Shown here one piece after another: positions 35,549 through 48,758 of a DNA stretch of 64,000 bases (positions within the stretch are counted from its first letter, which is position 1; each line of letters starts with the position of its first letter). The stretch is from Neoechinorhynchus agilis (Eukaryota; Animalia; Acanthocephala), in the NCBI GenBank assembly GCA_051530055.1, contig CM121342.1, positions 15,515,480-15,579,479 of the forward strand, in the 5' to 3' direction. The notes below the pieces were generated by a model that saw only the letters and a program-made list of their open reading frames with translations, ran no database searches and was not told the DNA's origin. Position numbers and translations under genes: made by a program.

Positions 35549-37419
35549 TCAAAGCTTCCGACTCATGAACAAGTATACGATGGCAAAAATAGTGAACATG
35601 AGCACTCCACATAGTATTCCAATAGCGATGTGATTGTAGAGACTCATTTTGGGTGTAAATGGTGCAAAATCCTTTGGAATACTATTTGAGTTATTCACAA
35701 TGTACCCAAATGCCCAACCGGCGTGCTTTCGGTTGATTTTGTAAATCGGTAACAATCTCGCAGTTCCAATGTCATCCATGTGGAATCCTATTCGTTTCAT
35801 AAGAGCCAAAATGTAGTGACCGTCATAACAAAGTCGGATGTTGTGCCCGCTGTGGATTCTGTGTTATAGAAGCTGGAAGCAATCGTACCAGAATCCACAT
35901 CGGTTAATTGAAACTGACAGAATCGTTCATTGATTGAGCTCTCCATTTGTCGATATTAAAAGAGCACACACTCTGCAATCTGTAATGGAAATCCTGCCAA
36001 CCAATCGGTTCTTTGAGAGCTTTCCATACGTGATAAAATCCTGAGAACAAGACAAAATTCTGTCGATCACTTTCGTCCACTACCATTTCTTTCACTTGAT
36101 CAAGGTCGAAATATCCTGTGTCATCTTTGCTGACTCGAATATTGTTCGCTTCAACAAACAGTTGTTCAGTTAAACGTCCACAAGCGTCCGAATCACCACT
36201 ACCAATAAATGTTAATAATTGACGACGATCCAAATCGCCACCATTGATGCTACAGGAATGATCAAAAACTTCTTTGGCAGTTTGAGTGTAGGTGAAACCA
36301 CGAACACCACAGGGATCAGCATATTGACCGTTAGCTGTGGAATCGATATTCGACAGGCGTACCAAAAGACCGAGATATCGATAATGACTCTGCTCTTTTC
36401 CCCAACATAGAAAACTTGCGCCGAATACCTCAAATGTTGTTCCGTACAATGTTATTCGAGTCGTTTTAGATTTCGAAGAATAACCGTTTTCCTTTTGCTC
36501 GAACGCAACTTGCATAGAAGCGCCACCGAGATCAGCTATGCCTACCGGTGTACATCTTCGCGATCTAGGATTAATTTTGGACATCAAAATATTGGCACTT
36601 ATCCATCCGTATAGAGCCTCTTCTTTTCCACTTAAAATTCGGATATCGTTTTGGTTCAGGACTTTATACCCGCGACTTACTTCAGTGGCCGTGGTGTTTA
36701 ATAGATTGGAATTAAGGCGAAGATGGTGGACTTTAGACAAATAATTAGCATTTAGAAATCGAGGATATTAAACCAATGAGAGCAATTTTTAAGGGGTTAC
36801 AAACCAAAACCGATTGTCATTATGTGCGCATTTGCATGCTAAACTGGCATTACTGAGAGAGGGAGAAAAACCCACTACTGAATGGATTTCCGTTATCGCA
36901 CGAACCACTGTACTTGTTTACAATATAGGATTGAATTTCTTTTAAAAGATTGGAGCACATTTCGTGATTTTCTTGTTCAAGAAGTCGCATTCCGGCCGTA
37001 GCACCCAACAGGACATTAGTTTTACTTCGTTCTTGAGCAGGAATAATGGCGTCGGCTTTGTCCAGAATTTGCGAGAAGTAACTTCTTACTCGTTCGTACA
37101 AATCGTTTCCTCGGTAGGCTAGACTACTTATCCCGACATGGGTATCGTGCGAATAAACTTGCTTGACCCACGCAGTATCAAAAGCGCCGTCGGATTTGTC
37201 GGACAACCACGAGAACACGATCATTTGGGTATGAGTTGAACCGGCGTCAAAGACAATAGCGTGATGGTGAGTTCGGGTTGACAATTTGACCGCGACGATT
37301 GCAATTAAAACTAACGCCGAGCTGATGCAACTGAGTATAAGCAATAGTGAAAACATTAGAGTTTGAAAAAATCTTCTTTTGCTTACAGAACCAACTTCGA
37401 AATTTTGTTCAGGTATCAT
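35549..37419 (-). CDS. Ectonucleoside triphosphate diphosphohydrolase (CD39/GDA1 apyrase family), two TM helices; introns about 36676-36913 and 35842-35908
   Basis: ACR1 IVFDAGSTHT, ACR2 LGATAGMRLL, ACR3 LSGKEEALYGW, ACR4 ADLGGASMQVAF, ACR5 AGWAFGYIVN. N- and C-terminal hydrophobic helices. Confidence 0.92.
35842..35908 (-). other. Candidate non-canonical hairpin-bounded intron in the NTPDase (67 nt; junction slides within a CAA repeat)
   Basis: Minus-strand CCGATGTGGATTCTG (35903-35889) pairs with CAGAATCCACAGCGG (35861-35847), 14 of 15 pairs. Removal gives DSVSFNIRLCYDGHYIL. No phase-compatible GT-AG or GC-AG pair. Confidence 0.72.
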
Positions 37420-39619
37420 GATGGGATGTTTACCTTCAAATAAAGTTAACGTATTGGTGAAGCAGATTTAGTTTAGGAGAAACACTTTTTGTCTTTTGCC
37501 TCGTAAAGCACAAGTTATCGAGCAACAAATCGCATGATCCATTTAAAGACTTAGCGCAAAGAATACGGTGCAAATAAAGGAGTCGTCTTTCTCTAATCTG
37601 CCGTACAAATAGTGGATAGGCACATAAATCTTCGTCTGAGGACAATTTGTTGTTCCAAAAATAGAAATTTAGGCGAGGCTTTGAAAGCTCAGTGAGTCAA
37701 TTTTAAAAGTTTTAAATAGCATCAGGGGAAGCTCTAATGGGTGTGCTTTAGTGGCCGAGAAGAAGACGCATCGGCCATTGGTTAAATGAGTGAAGTTCTA
37801 AGTGCTAATGTCTATCCCAGAGGCAGCACTTTGGGTGTTTGCCTTTTGATAGTAGCGTAATACGATATTTACCGACAACGATTACTAATTGAGCCTACTC
37901 TCTTTTTCTGAAGAACGATAGTGGTAAGCAAACACCAAGAGTGCTTATTAAGAATACAGACAAGTGTTTCTGCATATATAGCCAGGGCAAACACCTAGCG
38001 ATTAGCATAAACCGTTTTGGATAATCGGAGGTGGGCGAGGAGTTTGTACATTTTCATAATCCAATGCACGTTTAGCAGTGTCCACTGCCATCCGAATGCA
38101 AAAATGAATACTGGCTCCTTGCGTTAAGATTCGCCAACGATGTTGTTATCGCCTTTGTCAAACGGAGAAACTCGACTGGTGCCAAATGTCACATAAACGC
38201 CGTCGTGCGACACCACCGCTCAAATGACTTTTAGCGCTATAAATCGTGCTTTGTAATCATTCAGATGAAAATCTCAATAATGGATCGAAAAGACTATGAA
38301 TCCGATTCTAGAAGTAAAATATAGAATTAAGGGTTCATTATAAGACTCACTGACAGTCGAATCTTCATACACTTGCTATTCTTAGCATTCATTTGTAACA
38401 AATTAAAAAATCCAAATTTGGGTCAAAAGTTTGAGTACATATTTCGGTCTTAATAGGTTTTTGCGGGGGCAATTAGATTAGAAACTAAAGCCCGTTTCAA
38501 CTCTCTTTGAATATACTGTCTTGACGGCAAAAACTAGAAGGGGTTCAACGGTTTTTCTAGGAATCAACACGTTAAAATCACAAAAGATATTACCGGCGAA
38601 CATTGTATCCTTGCCATTGTCTTCTAAATTTTATAGCTAAGTATTATGTTGTTTGAGAAAAATTGATCTTCAAAAGTAACGTTAGAAATTAGGATAAAAA
38701 ACGTTGAACCGTCTAGAAGCAGTTATCGATTTGATTGGCAGGAAACGATTTTAGAGTATATCAGCTATCAGAGCTAGCCTTAAAGTGCACACTTTGATGC
38801 GTCCTTGAATATAATTGAAATTTCGCAAAGTAAAACTGCTACTAAACTAAATCTGGGATGTGGTCTAAAATTATCAGCTTTACCGAACTATTCTTAGCCG
38901 TGAAATCGATCAGCCGAAAGTTGCACCGCTGAAATAGTAAACATTAGTTCTAAACTTATCATCAAAAGATAATATTTTATGCTGTGTTGATATGCAGATT
39001 CGCCATTAATCTGGCGTATATATTGAAAAATGAAACTCTCAATTTTATGCTGTACAAGGAAGCTATTTAATTTCGACGATCCACGGGGCATGTGGGCGTG
39101 AGGTGTTTTAAACCGAAAAATACGCATAAAATGCAATTAAATCTGAATCATGGCGTTGCCCGAAAAAAGATTTTTATGTAGAAGAATAAGCTTCCAGAAA
39201 TGCACTTAAAGATCCATCTAATCTCTTCAGATTATACGCTTTTCAGGTTCTGCCTGAATAACATCTATAAGGAATGATGCGTAATATTTGCACCAAAGGA
39301 AGTCTTTCAATCAATGCAATTAAATGAAATTAATTAACTTAACTTGTAGTCCAAATCAACCTTTTGCACCTTAAATGTTCTTCAGGATTATGCATGATAC
39401 AAATCTTATTTATTATTGTTTAGGTCGCTTGCCAACACTCGAGAGGCCGATTGAATCGGTCATTGCCAATTCAATCGGTCGAAATATATTCGTCTTTAAC
39501 GATCTCCCTCGGGTGTCGACAAGCGACCTAAACAATACCATATCTAACCACACCCGAATGCAATCCTCTACTTACAAATCTTATTCTGGAACATATAACT
39601 TATGGTTTCCTTGTATACT

Positions 39620-41660
39620 CATCAAGAGAAAATCCACCGGGGATGATAGAGTTGGTGAAGCGGTTGTAACCGGATAAAACATATTTTATTCAATTGATTC
39701 CGTTAGAAAGCCTCGAGTCATCACTGATCTTATAAGTTTTAAACTATGACTTCTCACGAAATATCTCCACAATGTTTTATCCGAGGGATTATGACAACCA
39801 CATCTTCAACAAGTTAAAATGATCAAGATAGCCTTAACAGAAAGTCAAATCGAATCAAACGTCTTTAATCATTAAGAGAAAATCCTTCGGAATGATAGAG
39901 TTGGCGAGGTGGTGATCGCCAGATGAAACATATTTTATTGAATTGATTTCGTTAGAAAGCCTCGCCTCGTCACTCATCTTATAAGTTTTAGACGATGGCT
40001 TCTCACGAAATATCTCAATTTGTTTTATCCGAGGGATTATGATCACCACATCTTCAACGAGTTAAAATAGTCAAGAAAATCTTAACAGAAAGTTCTATCG
40101 AATGAACCGTCTTTAATCATCAAGAGAAAGTCCTTCGGAATGGTACAGTTGGCGAGGTGGTGATCGCCGGATGAAACATATTTTATTGAATTGATTTCGT
40201 TAAAAAGCCTCGCCCCACCGCTCATAAGTTTTAGACGATGACTTCCCACGAAATATCTCAATTTGTTTTATCCGAGGGATTGTGATCACCACATCTTCAA
40301 CAAGTTAAAATGGTCGAAAAAACCTTAACAGAAAGGCCCGAGGAATCAAACGTCCTTAATAATCAAGAGAAGATCCTTCGGAATGATACAGTTGGCGAAG
40401 TCGTGATCGCCGGATGAAACATATTTTATTGAATAGATTCCGTTAGGAAGTCTCGCGTCATCACTGATCTTTTAAGCTTTAGACGATGGCTTCTCACGAA
40501 ATATCTCTACAATGTTATATCCGGGGGATTATGATCACCGCATCTTCATAAAACATATTTTGCTGATTGTTTTATTTTTGAGGTCTGACCAGCCGGTAAC
40601 TTTTTTTATTAAGCATCTATGTGTGGCCTTTTTCACGGCTGATAATTTTCCTTGGGCACATAGCCCACCGACCTGGTTCAGGGAAGCACATAAAACCACT
40701 TAATACCCTGAACCATAATGTTAGGAGTTTTGTACATTCCTCCGGATCCTCCGATACCTCCTGAGAAGGCGGGATTCATCAGTGAGTTTCCTCCCTTCAA
40801 TGAAGTATTCGTTTCCTTTGGTTGTGCGCTATTGGTGGTAACGGATTCGAACCAGTTGACCCTTCACTTGGATCAAGAGCATTAGTCCATTTGACCACCA
40901 CCTCGACACAACTACGGAATGTCGAACTCAGCCAGTTTTTATTGTTTAATTCTAGGCCATTGAATTTTTTCCATTTTTGAAGTCTGGCCAGCCGGTAACT
41001 TTTTTATTAAAGAAGCCTCGCTTCATCACTAATCTTATAACCTTTAGACGACGGTTTCCTCACGAAATATTTCAATTTGTTTCTCTAATAAGTTAAAATA
41101 GTCAAGAAAACCTTAACAGAAAGGCCCGAGGAATCAAACGTCTTTAATCATCAAGATAAAATCCTTCGGAATGATAGAGTTGGTAAAGTGGTTTTAACCG
41201 GATAAAACATATTTTATCGAGGTATTTAGCGAAATGAGAAAACCTTTTAGATGGCTGATGAAGCGGAAGCCTCCTCGCGAAATATTTCAATAAAATTGGG
41301 GATTTGGAGATCACCGGATAAAATTTTTGCGTCAACATTCATTGAATTCGAGGGATCGTGATCAGTACATAATAATATGTTTATTTGTTAATTAGCATGT
41401 ACTATTGGGTCCTCATGAACACTCGAGTTGTAATAGGATAAATGAATACGCCTGTTGTTTTTGGAGTGGATTACGAGTCCTGGCGGGTTGGAAGGTCCGG
41501 TCGAATGGGAAAGTGGGGTTTTCAGGAGAGTTTGTGAGGAGCACGCTGAGAAAACCTTAATAAAAAGGCCCATGGAATCAAACGTCTTTAATCATCAACA
41601 GAGAATAATTCCGGATGATGGAGTTGATGAAGGAGGACGAAATATTTCATTTAAAAATTT
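39620..41660. repeat. Degenerate tandem array of an about 245-bp foldback unit, interrupted by a SINE-containing block
   Basis: Unit markers (AAACGTCTTTAATCAT) at 39857, 40105, 40348, about 41136 and about 41581. Each unit carries inverted GTGGTGATC...CGGATGAAA and TTTATCCG...GATCACCAC segments. Confidence 0.8.
40727..40905 (-). mobile_element. tRNA-derived SINE, full-length copy
   Basis: Minus-strand head (40905-40834) with A box TGGTCAAATGG, B box GGTTCGAATCC and partial acceptor-stem pairing, joined to the about 105-bp body seen at 15.5 and 24.0 kb. Confidence 0.8.
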
Positions 41661-42689
41661 CGCGATTCTGGATTATGATCATAACATTTCCATTTCTCGT
41701 CATCTATCCCATGACCGTCATCGGCGACGAGTAAAAATTGTACCAAGAATGTCAGTCTTTTGTCTCTTTTACATACAAGATTGGAAAAGCGCGTTGTTAC
41801 GCTTTTGGGTTGTGGGGCAAGAGACTGTGGTGTCAAGAAGCGCGTCAAAATTCCGACTGAATCTCTGCCACAAATCAGACCGCTTTTAAAAGTACGCCAA
41901 AACGTCTTGGTCCGTTTTCATATGGTCAATCGCTATCTTCCATCCATTGGTGTTTTTTCGAACTGATCTCGGACAACCTGACTTTTTTGGCTTGGACTTT
42001 GTTTAAGACTGATAAGTTACTTTAAAATTTCCCCAGTGTAAAATCGGGGAAAAACACTTATTTTTATTCTTCGGTAATGAGAAGAGTCGATGTACTGTAC
42101 CTTAATCTCACCATTCCGAAGATAACAAAAAATGATTTTTTCATAGTTTTGAAAGCCTGCAAGATTCAAAAATTCACTAATTTATTTCCCTGATATTTCA
42201 CCTCTTTCGGATAATTGCGAACAAACACTTAAACAACTAAGAACTTCATCGTGGAAATAAATCAGTAAATTTTTGAATCAGGCAGTATGGCAAAACTGAG
42301 AAACGGAGTGCATTCTTCGCTGAAGACAACAATTCAAGAAGTTAATCAATGATCTGTATTCTTTCGTGAAAGACACGTTCGGTGAGCGTTGTAGAATGTG
42401 GGTCTTTTTAAATTTGACCTTTGTCTTCTCAGTTTCTAAAACGTGCCTCTTACATTCCCACGCACTCAAAAGAGCAAAGGTCGTCTTTTGCTCTCTCTCC
42501 CCCTATTCAATTACGCCACTATGGGCTTACGTTTTTATCTGGAAGAATTCATTGATATATGCCCGAAACGGCGGTGTGTGTGGATAAAGCGAGCGCCACT
42601 CGGTGGCCTGGTGTTTACTTTAGATTAAACTGGATCTGTTTTTAGCATTTCCGATCACTCTTTTTTGGCGTTTTGCGAGTTTTAGTTAC

Positions 42690-45151
<2,462 letters not shown>

Positions 45152-45795
45152 TTAGAGATATTCTCTACAATACTATCTCGCGTTTGTGTTGCTCGGTGTG
45201 CCGGAAGCGTGGCTCACTGTGCTCAACACACGCAGCGATACAAAATTATCCGCGCACGCGCATCAAGTCAGAAACAATCTACTCTTTTCTCACTTAAAAA
45301 ATGTATGCGTGATCGATTCTCAATAAATTCCTTTTAGGGCAACGACTGAAACGATCGGGCGTCATTTATACATTTTTATTTTCGAAAAACGCCTTTCTCC
45401 GCTCTAAAACTACAAAATGTTTAACGTTCGGCAAAACAGCTAATCCTTTGTAATCAATGAGTTGAGCTTTCAGAACCAAATAAAAAGTAAAGCGTAGTTG
45501 TTTGATGATTGAGCTATTTTGATGCTTTTTTTTAAGAAATTTGCGTAAATCCTATTGTTTTCGGCAAGGCGTAATCTTGTAAGCGTTTGTCAAGGCATTC
45601 AAGCGCGAATAAAGCACTTAAAGAATCTTGCCTACCATAAACAACCTTAAAAAGTGAAGTTTCAAATGCTTTTTCGGTGCAGAAAGTTGAGATTCAAACT
45701 ATAGTTTTATCCGAGTTATTATTACCATTCCTTCCAAAGGAAGACGTGTGTGGGGCTCTCTCGAGGTGAACTTTTGACAAAACAGTTTACTCATA

Positions 45796-48312
45796 CTACA
45801 AGTAATAGAGGAGTTCATTTAGTTTTGCTAAGGGTTCCCTGCGGAAACATGATCCTGCCAAAAATGCCAGTTTGTGAGCATATTGGCACATAGCGGGCAC
45901 TCTGATCGCTCCAGGCCAGTTGAAATACATGTGGCACAATCGATAGGAGAGTTGTTGCAGTTCATCCATTCCAAATCCATTCTTATCAGTGAGAATATTG
46001 TAATGGCTTGGAGTCGCGGAACCCTGAGTGACGCGTTGTGGAATCAGATAAAAGTCCCGCCATCGTTCCATTGTGACCACTCTGTCGACAACAAGTCCTC
46101 CATTCGGGTTATTCAGTGAATCTTTACCTCTTACAAAGAATCTCGAATTCAGTCGCTTTTTCACGACAATGTAAGTCAGTTTGGGCGTTAGGTCGTTCGC
46201 TGAACTGGATTGTGCGCTAATCTTCATCGCTGCCAGGATTTGATGACACTCACTCATCCCGATACAACCGAGTTGACCATCTCCAATACCATCTCTATAA
46301 ACTATAATCGATCGCGGAATTCCCCCTTGGTTGTGGTGTTTGTATCGCTCAATAGCCTCTTTTATGCACATTGTTAAGCATGCAACCAGTTCCTGCCCTT
46401 GCGACTGCATGAAACATCGAGAATAACATTTGGAAAATGTTGTGTTCAACGAGCACACCACGGCTGAGAATGACGTCGTTTTCGAATGATAGCAATCAAT
46501 ACCGACAACCATTGTGTCCTTGAAACATGCTCCGAATCCACCCGAGATCGACCAGGGCTCCGATCCAACCTTACATCCCACCTGAATTGCAATTTTTGAA
46601 ATAACAGTCATTTTGTACTCTCGGAAATTCTTCTCCTTAACAAACTGGCTAGGAACTCCGTGCCCAACTGAAAGACTTTCTTTGAGGACTGCATAGAACC
46701 GCGCACTACAATGATTGCTCATCAAAACGATAACAACTTCGGCCATCCCGACATCGTTATCGTCAAGAACTCGCTGGGCAGCAGCTACGTCGTTTTGTCC
46801 CCGGACAGGATAGAACCTAACTCGGGGTTCAGCCGGATCCATTTCGAGACTACGCATTGCTGACCGCAAAGAAGATATAAAGTTGTCCGCACGACAGCCT
46901 TCAGGGACGAGAACTAACCATCGATCTAGTAGAACAGGTCTAAAAAGCGGCTTACGGCCAATATCGCGCCACTCAAATCGATAACGACCACTCAAATCAC
47001 CGGGGTGTGGTTCGGGAAGATATCGTCCGTCTATACACTCGGGTTCCTTATTGATCGCTAGTGGAAAGTGTTTGGAATGGTTTACGTTAGTCAATCTGTG
47101 AAGCACTGTGTTGATGTATTTCATTCTGAACTGCGGAATTGTTTCCTTACAAACGATTCGCATCATTTTTGCCTTCTCAGCCGGATGTACGCGGTCGAGT
47201 CCAGCTACCTGACAGAACTCTGGAATCAAACGAATCTCCTTTTTATTTCCGTCATGATTTTTTACTTTTGATACCAAGAGGGGGAGACGGATACATCGAA
47301 TGTCTAAATGATATCGTTCTCTATAATAGTCCACAAAACTTATCCTCCGGTCATTGTCCGTCGAAAAAATGCTCGTGGCGTCGCATGTGAAGTCCACATC
47401 GGTAACTCGGTAGAATCTATTATTGTAAGAGGTCATCACCGAACTTCCAACAATTTCATCTATCACGTTTTTCTGCCCATACTGTGAATTAAGGTCATAT
47501 CGTGACATTATCGTTGATGCCATATTCTGATTGACAATCTTATTGATTCTATCTATACAAAGCATCAAGCGGCCTTCTACGCGAGGTAAAATAGACGCTT
47601 TGATCCCAGGAAAGATTTGATATCCTTCTACATCTCGACGAGCCTCGGCTGACACGTCAAACATGTTTCTTTGGATCATCCGAAAACCAATATCATTGAG
47701 ACGACCTCTTAAAACGCGACCAAGAATAGAAACAAAAGGTTCCGTACCAGGCACGGTTTCCCCAGTTGATTGAAAAGCCACTTTGTAAGCCATTTGTCTA
47801 AATACAACATTCTCATACTCTAAAGTCTCAAGCTTGTGAGCCAAATGGATCGATTGACCAGTGAAACTAAACACTTCGTTGTTCCAATTCGCCCGTGAAA
47901 TCATCTTAAGAACTTTGCTCTTAACCATGTTGGAGTCACACAAAGGCTCAAACACAACAGCATAGTTCCAGATTTTGTAATTCGGTACACTGCTTACTTT
48001 GAAGAAATTGGTAGACACTCTCACCGTCGATCCACTTGATCCAAAATCAACGACTCGTTGATCATCGACCACATTCATAGCTTCTTGCAACTCAGATTCC
48101 AACTTTGGACGACGTATTCTCTCTTTACTCGCCAGACTCATTGATTCCATTTGATCAACGATTTTAGATTGATCAAAGTCTAAATCCCGAGCAGTTCGCA
48201 AATCACCACCACTTCTTATGCCGTATCCTCCGGGTCTCCTAACTCGTCCACCACGATCACCAGGTCGTGGCCCTGAAGATTGAGCAAACCGATAGCGCCC
48301 CCGTCGATCCAT
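45796..48312 (-). CDS. piwi: PIWI-clade Argonaute, intronless, catalytic DEDH tetrad intact
   Basis: RG-rich N-terminus, GSSG..V.V.TNFF, PAZ (VMTSYNNRFYRVTDVDF, LIPEFC), PIWI domain VVGIDCYH, QELV, YRDGIGDGQ, CQYAHKLAF and C-terminal LYYL. Confidence 0.96.
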   Translation of the reverse strand: MDRRGRYRFAQSSGPRPGDRGGRVRRPGGYGIRSGGDLRTARDLDFDQSKIVDQMESMSLASKERIRRPKLESELQEAMNVVDDQRVVDFGSSGSTVRVSTNFFKVSSVPNYKIWNYAVVFEPLCDSNMVKSKVLKMISRANWNNEVFSFTGQSIHLAHKLETLEYENVVFRQMAYKVAFQSTGETVPGTEPFVSILGRVLRGRLNDIGFRMIQRNMFDVSAEARRDVEGYQIFPGIKASILPRVEGRLMLCIDRINKIVNQNMASTIMSRYDLNSQYGQKNVIDEIVGSSVMTSYNNRFYRVTDVDFTCDATSIFSTDNDRRISFVDYYRERYHLDIRCIRLPLLVSKVKNHDGNKKEIRLIPEFCQVAGLDRVHPAEKAKMMRIVCKETIPQFRMKYINTVLHRLTNVNHSKHFPLAINKEPECIDGRYLPEPHPGDLSGRYRFEWRDIGRKPLFRPVLLDRWLVLVPEGCRADNFISSLRSAMRSLEMDPAEPRVRFYPVRGQNDVAAAQRVLDDNDVGMAEVVIVLMSNHCSARFYAVLKESLSVGHGVPSQFVKEKNFREYKMTVISKIAIQVGCKVGSEPWSISGGFGACFKDTMVVGIDCYHSKTTSFSAVVCSLNTTFSKCYSRCFMQSQGQELVACLTMCIKEAIERYKHHNQGGIPRSIIVYRDGIGDGQLGCIGMSECHQILAAMKISAQSSSANDLTPKLTYIVVKKRLNSRFFVRGKDSLNNPNGGLVVDRVVTMERWRDFYLIPQRVTQGSATPSHYNILTDKNGFGMDELQQLSYRLCHMYFNWPGAIRVPAMCQYAHKLAFLAGSCFRREPLAKLNELLYYL

Positions 48313-48758
48313 CTAAAAAATCCAAACGCGCAATGTAACCAAAACCGAGCGACACCAATCGACGATTCTAATTCGTATCCGGACGAGGCGATTAATAAAA
48401 ACACGAACCCCTCGGCGGACAAATGCGGTGTTCTAACTACGAAAACAGTATCAGTGCACGACACAAATAATAATAATACGTAAGAATTAATCGTTAATTT
48501 GATCTGTGACGCGTTCATTAAACGATTGTGTTAGCAACAAAACTCGATGGGAGTGAAATTCGACTGATGTTTTTGTTCACTTCATTATTAAAAACCAAGA
48601 AAAAACTTTTCTCTCGGTAAAGATACTCAAAGCAAAATTTCGGATTCTATAGATTGATTACGTTATTCTGACGACGACTAACTGGTCTAGTAACCGATGA
48701 GAACTCTATCACGCTGCGTTGATTGTATATTTCCGACTGCGTTGATTAGAAAATATAA

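Noticed and set aside
40834-40905. Functional tRNA gene
   Set aside because: The anticodon arm and T stem are irregular, and the sequence is fused to a repeated body. It is better explained as a SINE head.
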